From NCBI GenBank assembly GCA_000708835.1, contig DF237069.1, forward strand, positions 124,377 to 188,376: a stretch of 64,000 nt of DNA, given 5' to 3'. Under the pieces are notes generated by a model that saw nothing but the letters and a program-made list of their open reading frames with translations, was not told the origin of the DNA and made no database searches. The stretch comes from Klebsormidium nitens. Lineage: Eukaryota; Plantae; Klebsormidiophyceae. A program made the translations under genes and the position numbers. Positions 12,547 through 24,082 of the stretch are shown piece by piece. The stretch's first letter is position 1. Each line of letters starts with the position of its first letter.

Positions 12547-15500
12547 ATGCAGGAAGCAGGGTCGCAGCAATCTGGGGGCGGCTGCAAGATTCGTGTCATG
12601 ACATGGAATGTGAACGGCCTGTCCCGTATCCTTAAGAGCCGCTTCACCAGTCTTGAAAACATGCTGAACACGCTGCACGCAGGTGAGTAGCAGGGCGTGG
12701 TCCTTGTTTTTACTTTGTGTAGTCAATCACATAGTGCAGAGGATCATAAGTTGCACGAGCTTGCCCTGCGCTCTCAGGTCTATTTTCGTTCGGCTTAGTA
12801 TATGGCTCTCCATTGATGTGCGGCAGAGGCAGACGACAGGAAGAAAGCCAGTGAGCAGCTACTCTGGGGCCGCTTGCCACTGAGGATGGAAAGAGGTCCA
12901 AAGTTTGCCAAGGCCCAAAGATGCTGACGTGTATTTGTCCCCTGTTTGCATGCAGACATTGTTTGTCTCCAAGAGACCAAGTTATCCAAGGCAGACATGG
13001 AGCGCTTTGAGCAGCTGGCCGTCGTGCCGGGCTGGTGAGGGGGCGCCTACGTCTTTGAAACCCGCCAATTGAGTGCACTTATGGGACTGAAAAGGTTTTG
13101 GCCCTCTTGAGGAAGCGTCTGGTTCGAAGCAATTGAGAGTGGTTCAGATATCAGTGGGAAGCCTGTGGACATATAATCTCAAGACTAGTATGTGTCTCAT
13201 GCTCCTTGCAAGCAGTCAAAAGACAAATTGGGTGCGTTACACTCGGAGGTTAGCCAGCAGGGCAACAACTAGATAGCTTGAAAGCACAAAAACCAGGTGG
13301 GGCAAGCACGACCATGCCCCTACATCCAGACAAGCAGAAAGAACCGGGCGCGTCGTTATGCTCACTCTGGGTTGCTGACAGCCTGTTGTTTGTGGCAGGC
13401 AGTCCTTTTTCAGTTTCTGCACCTACCGTGGCGGCTACGCTGGTACCGCCACCTTCTGCCAAGAATCCCTTGCCCCGGTGGCAGCCGAATCAGGCCTAAC
13501 GGGGCCTGCAACCCAGGGTAACAAGCCGCCAGGGGCGACAGTGGACTTCCCGGACGATGAGGCGTTCTGGAACAAGTAAGCTGGGTTTGAGACTGGGCTG
13601 ATTTCGGCTCGCCCCAAGTCTCTAAAAGCATCAGAGTAGTGCAATAGTGAAGGAATCTTGCTATACAAAGTTTGTTTTGCAAAAGACATCAATTGTTAAG
13701 TTTGTCGGTTGCTTGGATCTTGTAAGAGAGTAAGTCAGGCCCTCATTCCCCTCATGGATCCTCTTCTCAGGAAAGTCGAAGACAGGAGGAGACCAACCAG
13801 AGAGGCTTCTTTCATGCTCTGTCGCCCAAGTGATGAAATAAGGTACTGACGTCACATCAGCGGACTGCAGGTACGATTCTGCTGAGCTTGCGTTGATGGA
13901 CAGTCAAGGGCGCTGCGTCATCACCGACCACTCCGCCCTGGTGGTCTTCAACGTGTAGGTAAACTTGCCAGCGTCTATATCGCAATCTGTCTCTTCTGAG
14001 TTGTGCTCTCTTCGGCTTTGGGTCGATGAAAGTTTGACCCGATGTGGGCCTTAAAATGCTCAAGATAGCGCTTTTCTAATTCAAATTAGCACGCTGAAAG
14101 ACGTCAACGCACGGGCCGTCTTGCTGTGGGCTGGCCTTGTTCCCTCTCCTACCTTGCCCGAGTCATTTTCCTTTCTTCCCGCAGGTACGGCCTGGCTGTG
14201 ACCGCCCAGGACAGCCCACGCTTTGCCATGAAGCTTCACATGTACGAGGTGAGGCAGCCTCCAACGTGCTCTGCGGTTTTACCATGATCAACCGATGCAT
14301 TCTTACACATCCCAACTTATCTTCGACTTCCAAGTCTAGTTCTTGCCGCACATATTCCTCTCCGATCCCAAGCCTCGCTTCGATTTCGCTCTCAATCTCG
14401 CTCACACTCCTGCCCGTCCTGATGTGCATAAACGTTTGAATAATTCTTCCATATGCGTCTTCTTTATGGATACTGCAGATTCTGCAACGAAGGGTAGAGG
14501 CCCTCGTGGCGAAGGGGCGGGCGGTGCTGGTGGTGGGCGACTTGAACATCGCGGTGGCACTTGAGGATCACTGCGACTACGCGGACGCCCGCCCCAGCGT
14601 CCAGAGCTCTTTTCTGGACGGCCGGCCGGACAGGACGCACCTGCAGGCACTGCTCGCCGCAGCGGGGGGTCCCCTCTCCGATCTGTACAGGTAGAGAGAA
14701 AGTTCCGCCGAGGTTTTTGTTCGTCAGTCCGGGGTATGGATCCTCTTTCCGGGGTATGGATCCTCCTGATGTCGATGACAGAAACATTGACTCAAAGGTT
14801 CTGCGAGACACGGCCGATTCCGAGAAACGGCCCGCAAGATCCTTGCGACGATGCCTCAGCTGACAGGGCGTGGTTCGGAATAATTACCCGCTTCCCTACA
14901 TGAAAACCGTTTGACCATCGCTGTTGGCAAAAACCAGAGTGTCCAAATCTGCCTGCGATTGCAACTGATAGGCGTTGGGCGGTCGTGCAGGCAGCACCAC
15001 GTGGGCGAGCGCTACTCGTACACGGTGTGGGGGGGTGCGGGGGCCCTGACCGGCAGCAGGCCTCGCAGCAGGGGGTCCCGCGTGGACTACATCCTGGGGG
15101 GGGGCAAGCTGCAGGTCAGCGGTAACCTGTTCGCGTCTTTTCGATACGTCTTTGCCTGGCCGTGAAGCATATTCTGTTCCATTTGGGCATATCGGCTCAC
15201 CAGTAGTGGGGGCGGCCTCGAGAGAGAAGTAGACGCTGTAAAGTGGGTCTGCCATTTTCTCTGCAAGAGACTGAGACTCACAGCACCCGAGCGCCTCAAA
15301 ATAGTACGAGGCCTAAAAAGACGGTGTTGATACGTTAAAACTTGTTCATCTACGCCCGTCAGTGTCTGTCACTCGGGTCATTGTATACGCTATGATGATT
15401 GCAGGGTAGCCCTCTGGCTGCTGCCTGCACTGCCTCGGGGATTGATGCCCAGCTGTTGGGTTCCGACCACGCCCCGGTGTGGGCCGACATCAATCTTCCG

Positions 15501-15952
15501 GCTTCCGCTTTCGCCTCTTCCGGCGAGGAAGGAGCGGAGCAGGCCATCCTGCCACTCGACTCGCGGACTATCGCACGAGCTGGTAAGATGTAGACGCCTC
15601 GCATGTATGATCAACTCTTTCAACATTACGCTATGTAAGATAGGGCTGATTCGTCGTCGTTGCTTGTGGTGCAATCTGATATCTGAGCCGATTGTCGTAC
15701 CTCACAGAGGAGGGCCTGTCATGTGAGTAGGGAGTCTGACCGTCTCTTTTAGATGTGTATCTTCGTGATGGAGAAAAGCAGCGTTTGCCAAACGCTTGAC
15801 AAGTGATTCGTGGGTTGGTGGCAGGTCGATCAAGCAGACCGACTCGTCTCGAGAGTTGGCTTCAAACGCCGAAGGCCCAAGGGCGCAAGCGGAAAGCTAG
15901 TCCGCTGGAGGAAACACCGTCTCCTCCAAGTAGGCGGGAAGAAACAGAGTAA
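12547..15952 (+). CDS. APE2: APE2-like apurinic/apyrimidinic endonuclease (ExoIII/EEP family), apparently without the C-terminal GRF zinc finger
   Basis: Exons at about 12547-12682, 12956-13034, 13410-13575, 13872-13953, 14185-14246, 14480-14690, 14988-15114, 15406-15582 and 15825-15952; the 13034/13410 junction is unresolved. Motifs in order: VMTWNVNGL, DIVCLQETK, GYAGTATFC, DSQGRCVITDH...FNVYG, VGDLNIA, SRVDYIL, GSDHAPV. Confidence 0.88.
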
Positions 15953-17371
15953 GGGAAGGATGAATGTCCCACTTTTGGACGGTTTCGACACAATGCAGAC
16001 ACCATGCGCGCAGATGCGAATACGAGATGCGATTCTCACGTATACATATGACTTCCGACCTTGCTGTCTGCACACTGACCATTCCTTTGTGACCACTGTT
16101 GACCATTTCCTTTGTGACCACTGTTGCCCAATGCCCCTTTCAACGTGAGTCGTTGCAATATCGCAACATTCTGCCTGACGGTCAACTTCTGAAGATATAT
16201 GCTTTCTTCCTGATATGGCGTAGACTACCTGAGACCGCCATGGACAGCATGGCGTACATGGACAATAGGTTCGCAAATTTGGTCTTTCCAAGTGTACCAA
16301 CTTATGGCCAGAAGTCGTCTACCTTCAATTGAACTACAAACCCAAAGATGAACGTCCAGATTCTTATGTTTCTATTAGCAGCATCTATGCGGGTTGTACG
16401 TGCTACGGTGTTCATTGATTTATTATTTTACCGTAATAGTGCAGCCGGGTTACAATAACTCAGCATAATCTGCTTATGTCAAGTAAGCCAATGCTATACG
16501 CCTGCTGCGGTGTTTGTTGGCTTTGCCACCAATGGAAGGAGGTCACTAGTTCTGTGCCTATATGAGCCATCGCCAACGCGTCGGCCCCGCGGCTTCCACA
16601 TGCTAAATGAAGAATCTAAGCTGTACGTGGCGATTGAAGGCGATCATTCTTACAAGACCAGCTTACGCATCTTGCAAGTTTCTGGTTTTTAAACTCTCGA
16701 ATGATTTTGCTTGTCAAGCTGGCTAATTGAGCTTTGCACTATACCGTAGTACGATGGGGCATGATGCAACAATCACAACAACAGAACAAGCAGAACATTC
16801 TCTGGACGAGGCGGCATCCAGACTCCAGCAAACAAGTTACAACGCCATAGGTATGATGATTGACGGATGACTCCTTCCTTACCCAACTTCGATACAGTTG
16901 TCGCGAATAGCAGCCGTCAGATGAGTCACATGCCTGCTTTTATGTACCCGCCGTGGCTGTCACACCGTCCATTTTCTACCCTCCGGATGTCATCATCATG
17001 CATCATGCCAACCTGCATAGGTGTACAGCTGTACCGGCCAACCGGCACATGCATCATTCATCGTGCTGCAGGCTGCAAAGCCTGTAATGTGCAGCAGAGC
17101 TGGGGCGCATGAGCCTGCCATGGAGGCCAAGGCGATATGATTCTCGTGTGCTGGGCAATGAAGGAAAGATCGCTTGCAACAGGCACGGCATTGCTGATAT
17201 TTTCTGTAGATGAACGTGTTTCGACCATCCCTGTCACTTCCATGGAAGACCGACAATAATGGCGGCAACAGCATTGCCAATGTAATGCAGGTTGTTTGGG
17301 TGTTTGATGTGAACACAGTGCAACCAGCTCAGGAAGGAGCGTTCAGCGCGTCGAAGGCATAAGCATCCAAA

Positions 17372-20300
17372 ATGGCACCAGCACCGCGGGATGAGAGGCT
17401 GATCAGGGCGCTTCAAGCCCGGGCGGCCTTGGCATCTGCACAGAATAATATTCGGAAGAGTGCGAGCTATCAGAAAGCGGTTGAGAAACTGACTGCCCAC
17501 AGGCGGCCAATAACTAGTGCGATGGAGATTGGCATGGTGAAAGGGATTGGAGTCCAGATTAAGAAGCTACTTGAGAAGGTTTACAATGGGGATGTGGAAG
17601 AAATACCCCCAGAAGCTGAAGAGGCAATGGAATACGGAGACTTGCCCATTCCCCAGGTAAGAAAATGGAGGACTTGGGCAAGAAGGAGCAGAGGGCAATT
17701 CCACTTACATGAGGTGAAACTGTAAAGAAACTGGAGGCACCTGCTGTTCAGTAGATGTAACATCCATGTAGCAAGCATGAAAGAGGGTCCCAATTGTCTC
17801 GTTGTCTGGTTGTCTGCTCATCTCGTTGTTGTGAGCCTTGAGGCTAACTTTTTGCTGCTGCCCAGTTGCCCCGTACATTCAAATCAGGAGCCTCTACATC
17901 GCCCTCTGTTTTGAAGCAGGAGCCCTCTCCTGCATCCTTCCGTCGCCTTGTGCTGGGGCAATCTGAAGGGCCTTTTGAATGCAGCAAAGTCAAATAGCCC
18001 TGGGCGTTCCTTTGCTTGCCATGTGCCTCCTGTCTCTTGGTATGTGCATCCTATCAACAGTTTTCTACGTTCGATCTCTCTTGACCTCTTTCGTCAAAGG
18101 GTGGAGCATTGACCCATAAAAGCTGCGTACCGCCCACAGGGTTTCGCCTACATTCCTGGCCCCAACACTGGCGCCCGTGCCATTCTCATTGCCATGTTTG
18201 GTGAAACAAAGAGACCCGGATATCCAGGCTTCCTGATGAAAGATCAAATCCAGGCGGCAGCTACAGCAACAGGTGACTTTGACCATCCTTTAAGCTGTAC
18301 AAGATGAAGGAATACGTCTCGGGTGTTTGTCAGTGCTTTCTCTGTTGAAAAGGTGCTGTTGTGTTTTCTTGTGCGCTTCTATCATCATATCCAAAGAAAC
18401 TATCAAAGTAGATATCTGACCCCGTGTACGTTTCTGCAGGAATCAGCAACACCTCAATGTATCCGCAGCCCAATGTGGGCCGCTTCTACAGTGGTTGGGA
18501 CGGGATCAGAACGCTGGAAGAGAACGGCCTGGTTCTCAGAACCAAACATGGTAAAAAGGTCTCCTTCACTTTTGATTCTTGGATATAGCTGGACGTATGC
18601 GTATTCTGCAGACCACTCTCAACCACAAATAGCTGCTTAAAGAACATCTCATCACATTTGCGTGTCTGATTAATATGAGGCATTACTTTTCAACAACGAA
18701 GGGGCACTCCAACTGAGCTGTGATCGCAGAGATACAAGAGAGCATCTGGTTGAAGTAAGAGGTCTGATATGAAACAGCTGATTGCTGCAGGGGTTTGAAT
18801 GACGACAATGAAATCACTGTTTTGTGCTTTCTATGAATGCGGACCTCTTGGTTGCATTGATGCTCGAATCAGTGTCTATTCCTGGACACTGTACTGAGAA
18901 GTCACCAGTACAGAGTCCCTAATGAACGCTTATGGAATCAGCTGCTTACACAGGTACAGATGACTAGAAAGTGTCTTCCCACAACGTTGCCCGTCACATC
19001 CAACATATAAAAGGTGACCCCCCCCCAAAAATGGAGGAAAAAGAAGAAATCGCAATATGCTGTTGCTTTGCAGGTATGGGGGTTAAGGAGCAGTTCCGCC
19101 TGACAGACCAGGGCCGGCAGCTTGCATACTTCCTGGAGGGAGAGCTGGGCCTACAACAAGGGGGCCGACAAGATGGCGGGGTCGCACTCCCCCAAGACTT
19201 CTCTCCCGCGCACCGCCGTCTCTCAGGTCACTGTCAGGGGCGCCAGGCGGGGGAAGGCGGCTTTCCAGAGGTCATGATCGGCCGGGGTCGAGAAATTGAG
19301 ATGGGCAGCAACTTGCAACAAGTGGAAGAGGTTGAAGCGGCCACCGGAGAGGGCTTCCGCCTGTACAAGGCGGTGTGCAAGAGCAGCAGTGCGGTGAGGA
19401 AAAAGTACGCAGTGCAACTTCATGTCAGGGTGACACTTGCTCGAGACGCGGAGGTGGAGCAGGCAGAGGCCCTGGGGCGAGTTTTCGCGGGCAGGAGGCC
19501 GGAGCTGGTGGCACGGCTCAAAGAGATGGGCTTCAGCGAGGATCGGGTGTTGGCGGCTCTGGCGGCCACCGGAGCTGATGAGGCAGCCGCTGTGCAGATG
19601 CTAGTGGATGGGGCAAGCATGCAACGTGACGAAAGTGGGACAGCAGCGCCAGGTGGCGTCACCCAGATGGTGGTAGTCAGGAGCGAGTGCGCTTGCCCCG
19701 AGGGGCGGTCGTCTCACGGCAAGTGCAAGCATGCGGCCGCCCTGTTTTTGAGAGTGGACGCCCACCTGCGGAGCGGGGCGGAGCTGGATCGGCCGGAGCC
19801 CGGTAAGAAGAAGACGCCCAGGAAGAAGCGAGAAAACGGGGATGGTGGGTTGCAAGCGAAAACCGCGCCCAAGAGGCGAAAAAGCGGAGGAGGGGCGGAG
19901 GCGCCTCTGCCTAGGGAAGAGGATCGCAGCCTGGGTGCAATTGCTGCACAGCTGGCGAAGTCGGTGGGCTCACCAATAACGCCTCCAAAGCACAAGGACG
20001 TGGCGCGCACGCCTGTCGGGGCCAGCCCGCGGGAGATGGCGGCCCAGGCGGCCTTTGAACGGGCAGCCATGCAGGCGTCCCTCCGGAAAGACTCCCCGAC
20101 GAGAGCGCCGCCGGTGGAGAAGGGGACGGGGCAACGGAATGTGGACTTTGTCGATCTTGAGGGAGGGCTGGGCCGCGCTCACGAGCGGCACGAGAGCGAT
20201 CAGGGGGTTAGACGGGCGGTCTCTGCCAACAAAGAGTCGCGCTCAGAGACTTGGAAAGGGAAGGAAGCAGCCCGAGATGCGTTGCATGGTAGTATGCTTA

Positions 20301-23300
20301 ACTTGGGCCGAGCGACCCCCGGAAAAGGCAAGGCGGTGGCCTTTGTCGACTTGGACAGCGATTGTGACGACCCGCCGGGGCAGCGGGATGCTGACTCCGA
20401 GGAGGACGCCGCTCTCCTCTCAGTGGACTGGAAGAGCCCCAGAGCCAGCTGGGGTAGCGGGTGGAGCAGCGCCGCTACTCCCGCATCAGATCACCGAGAG
20501 AAGAGCGGAGGGCGGCGTGGCGAGGAGGCTGGGCGGGGCCGATCGCTTGATCTGGACTGGCTGACAGGCGACAACGCGCCAGATCCTGCCGAGCTTGACA
20601 GGCTCGTGGATACGGTGACTGCCACAGCGGAGCCCGGGAGTGCGCCCTCGGCGAGTGGTAGGAAGCAAGGTGGCGAAGTGGGCGGCGTGCGTCGCGTGAC
20701 GGTCGTAGTTGATGAGACGGAGCGGCAGACCAACAGCAACCCGAACTCGGTGTACCTGGAGCTGCATCGCCAGCACGAAGCGCTGCATGCGGTGGCCGGC
20801 GTGGCGCTGGCGGCGGAGAAGCACAAGCTGGAGACGGGGGACTACCTTTGGCTGGCAGAGACGGACGAAGGCAGGTGAGGACTCGATGCTTGCATCAAGC
20901 AGGGTTTGGACACAAGCTTCCGAATCCATGGGTTGTTACAAGTCATGTGAAAGTTAATTTGTACTCTTGTTCGATGAAGGCATCATTCCATGAATACCTG
21001 TCGGCTGCCCGTCCAAAGTGCATGGGTGGGATTATTCGACTCAAGGGCAAAGAGTTTTGGCGGAATTACCATTATCTCGCGGCTTCGAAGGCTTTCGTTC
21101 GAGATTCTGGTTGGACGAGTGTGGGTCTTGACGGAAGCATGCAACTGTTAATCAAGGTTACTCGCGTCCCGTGTGACTCGTTTAGCTTCTGCTATATGTG
21201 CTAGCGTGCAAACAGTCTGACAGGTCTGAGTCTCCCCCTCCTTCGATACTGACGTTCAACCACCGTGGCTTCATTCGATAAGATGCTTTGTTGCAAAAAT
21301 CCACGACTCGCTGACACTTCTCGGCTCAAGGAAGCCCAGCTCGGCTGCAGACTTCTCCTGAATGACCAACCACTCGTTGCACGAACTCCGAAGGAAACAC
21401 GAACATAGGATGGCAACAACTGGCCCTCGACTGACAAATTGATCCTCTATTATGCACGGTCCGTTTGCAGTCGGTCCTAGAGCCGAATGAACACCCGTTT
21501 GAGTCTAGCCCAACTGACAGTCCGACTCAATCGAACGAGTACACTTGTAACGAGGAGACTTTGGTTGGACCGGCAAATCTGTTTGTGATGAGAAGTGACG
21601 ACTCTGCTTCATGTGCAGTTTCGTTCTCGACACGGTCATCGAGCGCAAGACGATGTCCGACTTGGTCACCCGGTCGGTCACGAACGCCCACCTGAAGCAG
21701 ATCCAAAAGATGCGCGCCAGCGGACTGCCGCACGTGTGCCTCTTACTCGAAGGAGAGTTTCGGTGAGCGCCTGCCTGCAGTCCCTCGGGTCTGTCGCCTG
21801 GTTTCCGCACAAGGGTTTGTTTGAATCTTGCTGCGAGTTGCCTTCTAGAGCAGATGCAAAGGTCGAGCTTCTTTCCAACACCTGGAAACTCAAGATGGTC
21901 AGGTGCTGGAGTGAAGGACGTGCTGATCCCCCGGTCCTGTAAGCTGTCGGGCCCGAGCACAACCCTCGACGACCTCGGTCAACGTGGAGGTTCAAGACTT
22001 CGATACGTTATCCTCTGACAGTACTCTCGAAAAAAGCTTCCTTCCGACGAGGATTGCAGTTTGCCTTCATAGTGGCCTTATACTCGCTTGCAGGACCGCA
22101 CGCAAGTTCGTGGCAGTGGCGGGGCAAGACTGCCGCGGAGACGTGGACAGCGCGGAGGCGGTGTGGCAGCTGATGGCGGAGCTCCTGATCGGCACCGCAA
22201 AGGGGATGGACGTGCCGCAGGGGGTGCCTATTGGCAGCGGGTATGGCCCCCCGCCGCCAGTGAGGGTGCTCCAAACGAAGGACGTCAAGGGGACTTGCAA
22301 GCTGCTGACTCACATCTCCGCCGCTCTGGCCGCCAGGGTTGGAGGCGGGCTAGAAGGTGGGGAAGCTGCGAGCGCGGCAGCTTCGCGTCAGATCTCTCTT
22401 GAGGATTTCAACAAGGAGGCGCGGCAAAGGAGAACCAAGATGAACAAGCTGCTCAAGGAGGCGGAGGGGCGGGCAATTGAGAGTCGAGTAGGGGACGACG
22501 GGTTGGAGGATCCGGGCGAAAGACGTGGGTTTGCGGACGAGGTTCAAAGACTGTCCGCAGATCCGGACGCTGGTGTCGGTCCCAGCGCAGCGCAGGCAAG
22601 GAGCGGGGTTGCTGACGCAAGCGCGCAAGGGGGCCAGCCCTGCGACGAGTGCGAGGCGCAGCGGGCAGCGCTCGAGTGCGCAGAATGCGAGCAAGCGCTG
22701 TGCTCCGACTGCTGCGCCAGCCTCCACTCCGGGGGGGCCCGGAGGGCTCACCGGCTGACGTCACTGCCCCCTCCGTGGCAGTGCGAGGAGTGCGAGGGGG
22801 CATCGGCGGCCGTCTCGTGCGGGGAGTGCGAGCAGGCCCTCTGCGCGAGCTGCTCCGCCAAGATTCACTCTAAGGGGGCCAGGGCACGGCATGCGGTGGC
22901 GCCACTGAGCCTCGCACCCATGCAACCCACCTCACGAGTTTCGACGCCGCCCGACACTCACGATAGCGTAGAGAGGTCAGGGCGTGCGCTGATGGTGGCC
23001 AGTAGCAGTGTGTACGCGAGCCTGCGCACCGTGGATCTCGGGCCGAGAGTGGCTCTGGAGCAGACACGTGGCGAGCGGGACAGAGGCCCCGTGGAGGAGA
23101 GCCTGTACCTGGGCCTGGCGGACCCGGGTGGGGCAGCGGGGCGGGCAGGAGAACGCGAGGCCTTTTGGGTGGTCCTGGTCAAAGGGGACGCCTTCCTGCG
23201 GGGCATGATCCAATCGCAGGTAAGCTTGGTTGCAAGTGCCGCAGGCGAAACGGGTCACTGACTGAGTGCTCCCTCTGTCATTCGCGAGTTGGGGAATCTC

Positions 23301-24082
23301 CTCTTTACTCGATGTTGAGGGCGCACGGGGGCACGATAATGAGGCAGGTCAGGACGAAAAGGCTACTTTGGCTATGCGAAGGATGCATTTGCAGGTAGCT
23401 GAAGCATCACGCATCTTGTTTTGACAATGCTTTCACATTCATGTTGAGGACAGCGTGATGCTTTCATCAGCGACATCCAGCAGCGGATATGGAAAGCCTA
23501 TGGATCCACCCAGGAGTCAAAAATTTATGCAGCAATGGATACTTGCCCCTCTTAGCTGAGCGTTTGGTCTCAAACGAGGGGTCTCGCTGCTTACCACGAT
23601 TTCGGTCGTACTCCAGTAAAGTCCAAGACAAACCTGCAAAAGTAGCTGCCACCTCGGCGCTTCTGCGCATCAACACCCGCTGCTTGTGCTAACCGCAGGT
23701 GGCAGTCAGCGGCGCATCCTCTGCCACCTGTCCGGAGCCCGACCTGCAGGCAGCGGCGGTGCTCTTCCTGACCTCCCTCCCAGACCCGCCCTGCCCCTCC
23801 GCCCACTCCCCAGGCAAAATCCTGATACTCGAAAACGTGTTGCATCACTGCCGCGCGATGGCTGCGGCGGCAGAGCGAGCGCGGCTGAATGGGGCGGCAG
23901 GCCCTGGCGAGGACGGGGACCAGGAGCTGCGCGCGTTCTTGGGTTGCCACGATTTGAATGAAGAGATGATTCGGTGGATAGTCAGGATCATGTTCTCACG
24001 AGGTTGGAACGTGCAATTTACAGGTAATCAGCTCGAGAGCTCTCTGCTTTTCAGGCACTTGGCAAAGGCATATGTAAAGTAG
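17372..24082 (+). CDS. MUS81-like structure-specific endonuclease with extra SWIM, UBA, 2x B-box and a second degenerate ERCC4 domain (about 1,300 aa)
   Basis: Exons 17372-17656, 18140-18272, 18440-18550, 19074-20874, 21619-21761, probable 21944-21989, 22094-23219 and 23699-24082, with compatible phases. N-terminal HhH (MVKGIGVQIKKLLE). MUS81 winged helix (YIPGPNTGARAILIAM...FYSGWDGIRTLEENGLV...FRLTDQGRQLA). ERCC4 core VVVDETE...GDYLW...FVLDTVIERKTMSD...KQIQKMRASGLPHVCLLLEG, which fits GDXnERKX3D. Confidence 0.85.

Noticed and set aside
14728-14765. 18-bp direct repeat tccggggtatggatcctc x2 in an APE2 intron
   Set aside because: Simple slippage duplication; only two units, so not a CRISPR-like or functional array.
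16076-16126. About 25-bp tandem duplication (ttcctttgtgaccactgttg) after the APE2-like stop
   Set aside because: Two-copy local duplication in a probable 3' UTR with no further structure.
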